Part shown: positions 26,259 to 34,969 of the stretch, in pieces | Layout: every line of letters starts with the position of its first letter | Position numbering within the stretch: position 1 is the stretch's first letter | NCBI GenBank assembly: GCA_018065295.1 | Contig: JAGHTQ010000177.1 | Coordinates: forward strand, 1-36,971 | DNA length: 36,971 nt | Direction: 5' to 3' | Source of the DNA: Candidatus Colimonas fimequi | GTDB lineage: Bacteria > Bacillota > Clostridia > Peptostreptococcales > Anaerovoracaceae | Position numbers and translations under genes: made by a program | Notes under the pieces: model-generated | What the model was told of the DNA's origin: nothing | The model's input: the letters and a program-made list of their open reading frames with translations, nothing else | Databases searched by the model: none

Positions 26259-26888
26259 CTACCCCTGTGTTCTATTTATAATCTCCACATTGATAATACC
26301 CGCGTCTTCAAGATATCTGGCGATAGGCTCTCCAAGTTTACCTGCGCCTGTGACTACAATCTTAATATTTGCCAGGGTATCCCGGTCCGCTTGACTAATC
26401 GCACTAATCAGTGCACTACGTGGGTCATCAGCATGTACATTATTGTGCTCAGCACCGACCAATTCATAGACCGGAATGAAAACACTCTCCTTAATATCCT
26501 TGATAAGTTCAATATCTGAGTCCACTGTAATATATGATGCTCCCAGCTCCTCGCACTCCTCGGCTTCTGAAACCGAGCTTGCTGATACGCCAATAGACTT
26601 GAATGCTACGCATTCTTCATCGCTAAGCGCGCAGAAATCATCGTATGATAAATGAATGTGAGGATGATTAAGGCTCATTGCTACATCTCGCCTGGAGTCA
26701 ATTATGCACTTAGCCTCGTGCTCCCTGCACATATCAATTGCGCCAATTGCCAGCTTCTCGTATTCAGCCCCTGCCATATCATCTTCGCGAAGAATAAGCA
26801 TCTTGCAGCCTTCTTCAAGCGCCCCACCAATTTGCTCTATAAGATCATCTGTCAGATGTCCATTTGTAATACAGATAGTTTTATTCAT
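26259..26888 (-). CDS. Degenerate ThiE/TenI-like TIM barrel with a C-terminal ThiF/MoeB-like Rossmann fragment
   Basis: ICITN, LILRED, HIHLS, IGVSASSVSEA..LGASYI; tail LANIKIVVTGAGKLGEPIARYLEDAGI. Confidence 0.6.
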   Translation of the reverse strand: MNKTICITNGHLTDDLIEQIGGALEEGCKMLILREDDMAGAEYEKLAIGAIDMCREHEAKCIIDSRRDVAMSLNHPHIHLSYDDFCALSDEECVAFKSIGVSASSVSEAEECEELGASYITVDSDIELIKDIKESVFIPVYELVGAEHNNVHADDPRSALISAISQADRDTLANIKIVVTGAGKLGEPIARYLEDAGIINVEIINRTQG

Positions 26889-26967
26889 ATAAGTAGCCTG
26901 TGTAATACCCCTGAAATAAGTTAAACTTCTACTTATATACTAAAAGATGCACCTGTATTTTTCAAGC

Positions 26968-27633
26968 CTACTTGCGGTGACGAGCCTCATAATCCGCTTC
27001 GATTTCAGCCTTCCATTCAGCACCGCCGAATGCCATCGTAGCACTCTTGCTAGCTCTGAATTTAGAAATTGCACTACCTACTACCTGGTAATTAAGCTGT
27101 GTTCCTATTTCGTCGCATTCGTAGTTAACAGCGCGGCTCTCATCAATACCAAACTTAGCCGCTTCACTGATAGCATCGATGTTAGCGCCAAGGAAGATAA
27201 ACTCCCAGCCATACTTCTTCTGCTGACGACGGATCATCTTCTTGATTTCTCTATATGAATATCGCTGGCTGGCATTCTCGAAACCATCTGTCGTAATAAC
27301 GAACAAAGTCTTCTCAGGTCTATCCTCGTCGCGAGCGTACTTGTGCACATTACCGATGTGATGGATAGCGCCGCCTACAGCATCAAGAAGTGCTGTGCAT
27401 CCGCGAACGTAATATTCCTTGTCTGTCATCGGCGCTATCTTCTCCAGAGGCACTCTGTCGTGAATAACTTCAGAAACGTTGTCAAAGAGGACTGTGGAAA
27501 TCAGTGCCTAACCCTCATTTGACTTCTGCTGATTAATCATGGAGTTGAAACCTCCAATGGTGTCCTTCTCAAGACCACTCATTGAACCACTTCTGTCTAA
27601 AATAAAAACTACTTCTGTTAAACCCTTCTTCAT
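26968..27633 (-). pseudogene. vWA-domain protein interrupted by one in-frame TAG (codon 42); pseudogene, base-call error or read-through
   Basis: AAGGAGG RBS, ATG 27633: MKKGLTEVVFILDRSGSMSGLEKDTIGGFNSMINQQKSNEG*ALISTVLFD..., in frame with the 26968-27453 ORF (GCTALLDA, ITTDGFENAS, FIFLGAN); MIDAS DRSGS. Confidence 0.85.
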
Positions 27634-27689
27634 ATTATTCCCTCCTTACTGACTAAGAATTAAATTCTTCTTTGTTGTAATGTCAGTAT

Positions 27690-27728
27690 AAAGAAAACCC
27701 CTGTGCAGTGGGTCAACTGCCAGGGGAC
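27690..27728 (-). terminator. Terminator hairpin overlapping a possible vWA promoter
   Basis: Minus strand CCCCTG-GCAGT-loop-ACTGC-A-CAGGGG-TTTTCTTT; contains TTGACC, with TATACT 20 nt downstream. Confidence 0.6.
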
Positions 27729-27754
27729 ACTTATCGTTAATATGAATTCTCAGT

Positions 27755-28300
27755 TTATTCTTCGGCAAATTCTTCGATATGAGCACGTACATATTCTACG
27801 AGAACGTCTGATAAATGTTCTTCGTCATACAGTGCATAGAATCCATCGTCAAATTCGTCGAATGGGAATCTACCTTCCTGCTCCTCGAAATCATCGATAT
27901 CATCGATAGCGAAGGATGACAGATCATCAAGTGAAATTCCATTTTTGTCAAGGAAGTCAGCCAGCAGATCTGCGTGCTTATTGGCGCCAATCTCACGGAG
28001 ATTCTCCATAAGGTATGGAGCTGTCAGTCTGCTTGAATTAACGAAATACTGGCAAAGGCCGCCATTATTAACTTCTAGCTCGTATGTCTGAACTATATAA
28101 AACACGCGAACTCCAGCCTTCAGCTTCTCAAGACGCTCTGCGCTATCAAGGTACTGAATAATATACTCTACTCTGTCAGTAATGGCATCGTATAAGCCTT
28201 CGTTATCCAGTGCCAGAAGTTCTTCCTGATTCATATTAATATGTCTTCTGCGAGCCTGCTTCTCCTGGCGAGTCTCACTCATAAATCCGAATAATCCCAT
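27755..28300 (-). CDS. DMP19/DUF4375-family acidic protein
   Basis: EVNNGGLCQYFVNSS motif; very acidic C-terminus; AAGGAGG RBS. Confidence 0.75.
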   Translation of the reverse strand: MGLFGFMSETRQEKQARRRHINMNQEELLALDNEGLYDAITDRVEYIIQYLDSAERLEKLKAGVRVFYIVQTYELEVNNGGLCQYFVNSSRLTAPYLMENLREIGANKHADLLADFLDKNGISLDDLSSFAIDDIDDFEEQEGRFPFDEFDDGFYALYDEEHLSDVLVEYVRAHIEEFAEE

Positions 28301-28311
28301 GTCGCACCTCC

Positions 28312-28674
28312 TTAAAATGGTGTTCCAACTTCAATTAAGTTACCGTCTGGATCGTAGAATCTTACTACCTTCTGACCCCACTCATGGCTCATCAGTCTGT
28401 TAACGTACTCCACGTCTGGATAGTAACTTTCTAGTTTCTCCACGAACGCCTCGATTTCAGGCTCCTCGAAATATAATTCGCAGGAATTACTGTGGGAAAC
28501 TATATCCTTTGCGAGAAACTTCTTCCAGTACTCCTCAGCCTGAAGCACGAGTCCATCGCTCATGATAACGTTGCCATCGTAATCCACAAGCACCTGCAGG
28601 CTAGACAGGTCGCGATAAAAGTTTACCGCACGGTCTATATCCTTGGTAACGATAAGGAAATTTCTAAGTCTCAT
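28312..28674 (-). CDS. VOC/glyoxalase-family protein
   Basis: VTKDIDRAVNFYRD, ELYFEE, HEWGQKVVRFYDPDGNLIEV. Confidence 0.88.
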   Translation of the reverse strand: MRLRNFLIVTKDIDRAVNFYRDLSSLQVLVDYDGNVIMSDGLVLQAEEYWKKFLAKDIVSHSNSCELYFEEPEIEAFVEKLESYYPDVEYVNRLMSHEWGQKVVRFYDPDGNLIEVGTPF

Positions 28675-29789
28675 TATTCTGTTTCCTTCTCTGCGTCGTA
28701 ATCGTTCTTATCTTCGTCTTCAAGACCCCACTGGTGGTCTGTGTAGATTGGTGAAACGTGAATGTTACCTTCGCCGTGGTGGTCATAATAAGACTCATAA
28801 ACTGAGAACATGCCCCCCTACATTGGCACCTTGCCGTCCACATTAACATCTCCATTAGTCTTGTAGCACTTCTTGACTTCAGATGCGAACTTGCCTTCAA
28901 TCTGATAGTTGTAATCCAGCATTTCTGGCTCTGCTACGATATCGGATAGTTCGTTCAGTTTCTCGTAGAACTGAGTGTAATATCCGTTAACTAACTCGAT
29001 ATTCTCTTCAGGTGTTCTTGCTGCGTTAAATCTAGCTGTATAGTAAGAGTCAGTAATCTGACCATCTAAATTCACATAGAGTGTATATCCAGCAACTGTG
29101 TCATAGCCTTCCATAACGCCCATATGAATTGTGTATTCGTCGGATCTGTATTCATGAGGATCTGTAGCGTCGATGTCCTGGCAAATATCTGAATACAGTT
29201 CCTGGATTCTCTCCTGAGTTGCAATCACGTTAGCAACTCTAGCATCATTGTTGGCCTGAACTGTAGCAAATCTAGGAATATATGCGAAAGCAAGGACCAG
29301 AACTGTAAGCAAAATCAAGAGTCTTTCTGGATTCTGTCTTCTATTGATATGATAGAAGTCGCAAAGAAACCAAGGGTTTGATGTCATCTCCGCGAAGAAT
29401 TCTCTTCTATCTGGAGTCATCTTAAGCCCCATTAATTCATCGGAACTTGCCTCGCTTACTGTCTTAATTGCAAGTGCAGCTACCGCTCTATATTCAGGGC
29501 TTCTAAGCTTAGTCTGAGTCTGCGCTCTTGTTATTACCCATATAATAAACAGAATAAGAATCGCCACGAAAACAACACTAACGCTTCCTATAGAGAAGCC
29601 GTCATGAAGGAATGCTCCAAGAATGATTTCGAGAAACATTGCACCGCCAACAATGAAGAATACGCCCAGAAGAGCGAATCTTGAAATTGCTGGGTATGTT
29701 GCCAGCTTATTAAGCATCTTCCTATCCTGAGGACGAAGCATGTCCTCACGGCCGATAAACATCTTATCTAATTCCTGTGCGAAAGTCAT
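28674..29789 (-). CDS. Membrane protein (3 TM + extracytoplasmic domain) with one in-frame TAG at 28818-28820
   Basis: Hydrophobic helices; after the TAG the frame stays open for 47 codons (GGMFSVYESYYDHH...EKETE) to a TAA that overlaps the next ATG. Confidence 0.7.
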
Positions 29790-29810
29790 ATTATCTACCC
29801 TCTCTAATTA

Positions 29811-31001
29811 TTAAGGCACCTGAACAAGTGGCGCCAGGTCGAAATGAACGAAGGTCTCGTCGATTTCTTCCCATTCGTATATACCATTTTCAATAAAATA
29901 CTTAATTATTGTATCACTAAGGCTGCTTGGGGACAATGCATGGCCCGCTCTTGCCAGCAGGTCAACAGTCTCATCAAGATTAAGTTTCAGCGTGATAGCC
30001 AGAATAAGAACCGTATTCTTCTTGGGCACAGACTGACCATTGATAATCTTATTAAATGTCTGCTTAGACATGCATGCGTTGGTGTATACCCAAGGATTAT
30101 CGAGGAGTCTACCGTCAATCAGCCTCTGCAGCTTATCTGCAAAGGATTCACTAACCTGGAATCTCAGTTCATCAAGAGATCTTGTTTCGCTTCTCTTGGT
30201 CTTCTTCCATCCAAAGATTGAGTGTCGCTTCTGAGTTACCTTAGTCTGCTGTTTCTCCAGCTCTGCCTTCTTCGCATCTGTGATTGACAGTTCCGCCTTC
30301 GGCGCCATATTGGCCTGAGGCTGAACGCCGCCTACGACAGGAATGCCAATGCTGGTTTCTGACTCCATGTACTCAGACTCGTCGAAATATACTGGCTCAT
30401 TGTCAGCAGTCACACCATAGGATACAGATTCTTCAGCTACGAAGGACTCCCTGGCGCAAATCTCTTGCTCTACAATAAGGTTCTCGTCTATATATGATTC
30501 CACCTTGCCATATACGTCTTCAGTAGCCTTAACCGATTCGTCATCAAAGACTACAAGGTATACATCAATTTCATGTTCAGCAAGGAACTTACGGATTTCG
30601 CTCATGGCAAGAGCCAAGGCAATTGACTTAGGGAATCCGAAGGTTCCTGAAGCAAGAAGCGGAATAGCAATGCTGCTGCACTCCATGTCATAAGCACACT
30701 GAAGAGCCTTGCTATAGCAGCTTCTGATAATGTCAACCTCGCCTTCAGCGCCACCTCGCCACTTAGTACCCACAACATGAATGATGTACTTGGCTGGAAG
30801 TTCGAACCCTTCGGTAATTGCAACCTGTCCAGGCTGCATCTGTCCAATCATGCTTCGGGCTTCCATGAGCTGGCGCACACCAGCTGCATGGTATACTGCA
30901 CTGTCAGTTCCACGACCGAATGTTGGCTGTCTATTGGCAGTGTTGACTATAGCGTCAACCTGCGTTTTTGTAATATCATTTCTTATAATTGTTAATGACA
31001 T
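29811..31001 (-). CDS. Macro domain fused to a C-terminal XRE-like HTH domain
   Basis: NDITK...AIVNTAN, IIHVVG, IAIPLLASGTFGFP; C-terminal SFADKLQRLID...SKQTFNKI...PKKNTVLILAITLKLNLDETVDLL..AG.ALSPS; AGGAG RBS. Confidence 0.8.
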   Translation of the reverse strand: MSLTIIRNDITKTQVDAIVNTANRQPTFGRGTDSAVYHAAGVRQLMEARSMIGQMQPGQVAITEGFELPAKYIIHVVGTKWRGGAEGEVDIIRSCYSKALQCAYDMECSSIAIPLLASGTFGFPKSIALALAMSEIRKFLAEHEIDVYLVVFDDESVKATEDVYGKVESYIDENLIVEQEICARESFVAEESVSYGVTADNEPVYFDESEYMESETSIGIPVVGGVQPQANMAPKAELSITDAKKAELEKQQTKVTQKRHSIFGWKKTKRSETRSLDELRFQVSESFADKLQRLIDGRLLDNPWVYTNACMSKQTFNKIINGQSVPKKNTVLILAITLKLNLDETVDLLARAGHALSPSSLSDTIIKYFIENGIYEWEEIDETFVHFDLAPLVQVP

Positions 31002-31049
31002 CCCAGCTCCTGATTCTTATTTCTCGCACGTATTGTGCTTCACAGTAAA

Positions 31050-31081
31050 TAAGTAAATAAGGACCGGTCTTTACCGGTCCT
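31050..31081 (-). terminator. Intrinsic terminator after telA
   Basis: AGGACCGGT-4 nt-ACCGGTCCT followed by TATTTACTTA on the minus strand. Confidence 0.65.
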
Positions 31082-31094
31082 CAGATTAACTTGC

Positions 31095-32285
31095 TTATCT
31101 AGTGCCTGCTTCCAGCATCTTAGCCTTAAGCTGGTTCTCGATGTTTGCCAGTTCAAGTTCTGCCTGCTGTCTCTTCTCACGACCTTCGTTCTGAATCTTC
31201 AGGATATCGTCGATAGTAGCGATGAGTTCTTCGTTAGTGTGCTTGAGAGTCTCCATGTCTACGATGCCACGTTCGTTCTCCTGAGCAACTTCAACTGAAC
31301 TCTGGTGAAGCAGTTCTGCATTCTTCTTGAGAATGTCGTTAGTTGTATCTGTAACCATTCTCTGAGCCTTGATAGCTTCCTGGCTGTGTGCCAGACCCAT
31401 TGTGATTACCAGCTGGTTCTTCCACATTGGGAGTGTGTTAACAAGTGTTGAATGAATCTTATCACTGAGGATAATAGCGTTTGACTGTACCAGTCTAATC
31501 TGTGGTGCATTCTGCAGGCAAACAGTTCTAGTCAGGTCAAGATCGTGAAGCTTCTTCTCGAAACGTTCGCACATTGAAGCGTAGTCTGTTACTGCCTGAG
31601 CATCTTCAGCAAGACCAGTTTCCTGAGCCTTAGCCTTAAGCTGTGGGAGAGTCTCTTCCTGAGCCTTCTTAAGAGCTACCTTACCAGCAGCGATGTACAT
31701 TGTCAGTTCCTTGAAGTAGATCTTGTTGTTCTCATAGAGCTTGTCCTGAGTTGCAATATCCTTAAGGAGAGTCTGCTGATGAGCTTCCAGCTTAGCTGCG
31801 ATAGCATCGATGTTAGTCTCAACCTTAGCATAGTGAGCCTTAACGCTCTCTGCCTTGTTAGCCTTCTTGTTAAACATATCCTTGAAGAAGCCCTGCTTCT
31901 CGTCTGGATCATACTTAAGGTCAGCTACCAGACCGCTGAGGAGTGGTCCGATTTCGCTCATGTCCTTAGTTCTCATCTGCTTGAGAGCTTCGTCACTGAA
32001 GTTAGCCAGTCTCTGCTGTGCTCCAGCGCCGTATGAATTAATGATGTTACTATCGTTAAGGTCAATCTTCTCTGCGAAGTCGTTAATCTGCTTAACTTCT
32101 TCTTCTGAGAACTGCTGCATTCTGAATGCTTCAGCGTCCTTAACTTCCATCTGCTCTACCACTTCACTATCAATTGAATCTAATGAAAGTGTAGGCATGA
32201 TCAGTTCGATATTAGCGTCCTTAACTTCTGGTGCAGGTGCTTCTGCCTGTGCAACTGCCTGTGTCTGTAACTGAATTTCTGACAT
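31095..32285 (-). CDS. telA: TelA/YaaN toxic anion resistance protein
   Basis: YGAGAQ, ELTMYIAAG, FEKKLHDLDLTR, APQIRLVQ, NTLPMWKNQL, TNDILKKNAELL, ERGIVDMETL; AGGAG RBS, ATG 32285. Confidence 0.92.
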   Translation of the reverse strand: MSEIQLQTQAVAQAEAPAPEVKDANIELIMPTLSLDSIDSEVVEQMEVKDAEAFRMQQFSEEEVKQINDFAEKIDLNDSNIINSYGAGAQQRLANFSDEALKQMRTKDMSEIGPLLSGLVADLKYDPDEKQGFFKDMFNKKANKAESVKAHYAKVETNIDAIAAKLEAHQQTLLKDIATQDKLYENNKIYFKELTMYIAAGKVALKKAQEETLPQLKAKAQETGLAEDAQAVTDYASMCERFEKKLHDLDLTRTVCLQNAPQIRLVQSNAIILSDKIHSTLVNTLPMWKNQLVITMGLAHSQEAIKAQRMVTDTTNDILKKNAELLHQSSVEVAQENERGIVDMETLKHTNEELIATIDDILKIQNEGREKRQQAELELANIENQLKAKMLEAGTR

Positions 32286-32312
32286 CCTTATTCTCCTCTC
32301 GTAACCTTCCAA

Positions 32313-33620
32313 TTAAAGATTAATGTTAAAATCTGAGTCCAGCAGACCTTCTCTCTCAAGTGTCTGTCTCATAACGTCTATATCAAGTTCTGTGTCAATA
32401 TCCACGTGCTGCTTAAGCTGGTTCTCAATGTTCTTGAATGCTGTTGCTAAAGTTGAGAACATGCCCTTGATCTGAGCCTTAGTATCTTCTGAAGTAGTGC
32501 TCTTCTGATACTTGCCGATAAGCTCGATAGTACTTGGCAGGTATGACTTCTTCATGTTCTGAACGCTCTTGCGGTCAAGATGACTTGGATCGTCCTTGCA
32601 AAGCTTGACGATTGTCTTAATTGAACGTTCCATCTTCTTGAGATACTCGATAACTTCTACGTCTTCAGCTGCTGCAACTGCATCCTGAATAGCGTAAATA
32701 GTCTTCTCTTCGATTGAAGTTGCGTTCTCTCTCTTTCTCTTCTCTTCTTCTTCAGCTCTGCGCTTAGTGTCAGCTTCTTCCTTAGCCTTCTTAGCTGCGA
32801 TTTCCTTAGCCATTGTTTCTTCAACAGGAACAATAGGAACACCATCCTTAGTCATTACAACCAGGTTGTACTGACCATTGATGTATGCAGCGATACCATT
32901 GGCGTCGTCCTTAAGGAATCCCTTGTTAATCATCTTCTGAATATCAGTAGCAGCCTTCTGCTCTGAAATACCCATCTTAGATGCGATAAAGCTGATCTTA
33001 GTGTTTCCTCGGTTATCAATAAGCGCTTCGTAGCGAGCCCACTTCTTGTTTGATACCTTGCCACCCTTGATTCCTGCACCCTTAGGCTTAATAAGCAGAA
33101 TACCGAATACTGCAAACAGTGCAGTCATACCAATGTTCATTATCGCATCAGATGCGTCATATGAATTCGGAATAGCAGCTAATCCAGCAACTGCAATTAA
33201 CAGGCAGATAACACCACCTGCAATCTTAGCAACTCTTCCCACTGTCATTGGTGTGTTATTCTTCTTAACACCAGGTTTGCCGCTGCCACTTGGGTACTTA
33301 CCGCTAAGTCTCATGATGAGCAGAACAATTCCTGCCGGCCAAATAAATAAAAATGCAAGTATGATGCACCATGTTCTCAGGTACCATGGCAAATCATTCT
33401 CATTGAAGAATGATGCATACTCACCAAAAGAATCTGTGTTAGGTGTGTATCCTCTATTAACTGTTGATTTACTTTCTCCCTTAGTCACCGTTGACTGTGT
33501 GTATCCTGTACCATAATGATATGAATCCTGAACAGTCTCCTTGTTAGGAGCTCCCCCGCACTTAGGGCATGCTAACCATTCATCGCCAAACTGAAGTCCA
33601 CATTTAGAACAAGTCTTCAT
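32313..33620 (-). CDS. XpaC-like membrane protein with an N-terminal zinc ribbon
   Basis: CSKC...CPKC; three hydrophobic segments; winged-helix-like segment; C-terminal YLPSTIELIGKY...DIDVMRQTLEREGL typical of XpaC-type partners; directly upstream of telA. Confidence 0.72.
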   Translation of the reverse strand: MKTCSKCGLQFGDEWLACPKCGGAPNKETVQDSYHYGTGYTQSTVTKGESKSTVNRGYTPNTDSFGEYASFFNENDLPWYLRTWCIILAFLFIWPAGIVLLIMRLSGKYPSGSGKPGVKKNNTPMTVGRVAKIAGGVICLLIAVAGLAAIPNSYDASDAIMNIGMTALFAVFGILLIKPKGAGIKGGKVSNKKWARYEALIDNRGNTKISFIASKMGISEQKAATDIQKMINKGFLKDDANGIAAYINGQYNLVVMTKDGVPIVPVEETMAKEIAAKKAKEEADTKRRAEEEEKRKRENATSIEEKTIYAIQDAVAAAEDVEVIEYLKKMERSIKTIVKLCKDDPSHLDRKSVQNMKKSYLPSTIELIGKYQKSTTSEDTKAQIKGMFSTLATAFKNIENQLKQHVDIDTELDIDVMRQTLEREGLLDSDFNINL

Positions 33621-33710
33621 CTAGTTTCCTCCTTGTTTTAAAAAACCATTTTCATAACAAGACAATTATACAATAAACTTGTGACCAAATGGTGTACCTG
33701 TACCAAAAAT

Positions 33711-33739
33711 TTGATATAAACTTTTCGCTGAGTTATAAT
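33711..33739 (+). promoter_or_regulatory. sigma70-type promoter of the CDF transporter
   Basis: TTGATA-17 nt-TATAAT. Confidence 0.7.
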
Positions 33740-33767
33740 AATTTGAGTTTTGTTAAGGAGAAAAATT

Positions 33768-34868
33768 ATGGATAGAGAAAAAGTCATTATCAAAGTGAGC
33801 GTACAAGGCATTATTTTTAATGTTATCCTGGTTATTTTTAAGGCTATCGTAGGTCTCATGGCTAACTCAATTGCCATCATCCTGGATGCTGTTAACAACC
33901 TGAGTGATGCCCTGGCGCAGATTATCACAATTGTAGGAACTAAGTTATCCGCTAAGGAGCCAGATAAGGAACACCCTTACGGATACGGAAGAATCGAATA
34001 TATAAGTTCTGCCATCGTAGCAGTTCTGGTTCTCTTCGCTGGTGTTACTGCCCTGAAGGAATCAGCAGTCAAGACAATCCATCCTGAACCTGCAGAATAT
34101 ACAGTAGCAGCACTTATCATCATTGCAGTTGCAGTAGTTGCCAAGTTCCTCTTCGGCCGCTACGTTAAGGCACAGGGAGTCAAGGTTGATTCACAGGCCC
34201 TGATTGCAACAGGAACAGACTCATTCATGGATTCAATCCTGTCACTTTCAACACTTGTAGCTGCACTTATCAGCAAGTTCGCTGGACTTAGCCTTGAAGG
34301 TATTCTGGGCGTTATTCTGTCACTCTTTATCATCAAAGCCGGTATCGATATTCTCAAGGAGACTCTAGGAAGCATTATCGGTGATAGAGCTGACGGTGAG
34401 CTTACAGTTGCGCTCAAGAAGAGAATCCGTGAAATGGACGGAGTTAACGGTGCATACGATGTAATCCTCCACGATTACGGCCCATCACGTTCAATCGGTT
34501 CAGTACATATCGAAGTAGATGCTAATATGACTGCCGATGAGATTCATCTGATTACCGATAGAATCATGCGTGACATCTACGATGAATACGGCATCGTACT
34601 CACAGTTGGTATCTATGCATCAAATACCGATGAAACAACAAAGGAAATGAGAAAGAATATCTGGGCAAACCTTGCTGACTACGAGCACGTTATCGGAAGT
34701 CACGCATTCTTTGTAGATTTCGATCGCAAATACATCTCATACGACTTGGTAGTTTCACACAAGGCTCCTTCATTTAACGCCATCGCAGAAGAAATGAAGG
34801 CTAAGACTGAAGAGCTTTATCCAGACTTTAAGGCAGTCGTAAATATCGACCACGACTATAGCGACTAG
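33768..34868 (+). CDS. Cation diffusion facilitator (FieF/MntE-like) transporter
   Basis: AAGGAG RBS, ATG 33768; SIAIILDAVNNLSD, PDKEHPYGYGRIE, TDSFMD, LHDYGP, HIEV; duplicated cytoplasmic domain. Confidence 0.93.
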   Translation: MDREKVIIKVSVQGIIFNVILVIFKAIVGLMANSIAIILDAVNNLSDALAQIITIVGTKLSAKEPDKEHPYGYGRIEYISSAIVAVLVLFAGVTALKESAVKTIHPEPAEYTVAALIIIAVAVVAKFLFGRYVKAQGVKVDSQALIATGTDSFMDSILSLSTLVAALISKFAGLSLEGILGVILSLFIIKAGIDILKETLGSIIGDRADGELTVALKKRIREMDGVNGAYDVILHDYGPSRSIGSVHIEVDANMTADEIHLITDRIMRDIYDEYGIVLTVGIYASNTDETTKEMRKNIWANLADYEHVIGSHAFFVDFDRKYISYDLVVSHKAPSFNAIAEEMKAKTEELYPDFKAVVNIDHDYSD

Positions 34869-34923
34869 TAAGCGGTGCGGTGCCAGACCTGAAGGACTGG
34901 CACACGCGGATAGATAAAGGCAT

Positions 34924-34961
34924 AAAAATAACCCGGAACATTTCGTTCCGGGTTTTATTTT
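34924..34961. terminator. Bidirectional intrinsic terminator
   Basis: AACCCGGAAC-ATTTC-GTTCCGGGTT with A/T-rich tails between convergent genes. Confidence 0.85.
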
Positions 34962-34969
34962 GCTATTAA

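Noticed and set aside
28664-28900. 78-aa ORF in the ORF track
   Set aside because: No RBS or coding character; the coding-like frame here is the continuation of the 29789 gene past its TAG.
34880-34903. GTGCCAG...CTGGCAC hairpin containing TGGCAC after the CDF gene
   Set aside because: No -12 GC, so not a sigma-54 site; single copy with no U-tract, so neither a REP element nor a terminator can be supported.
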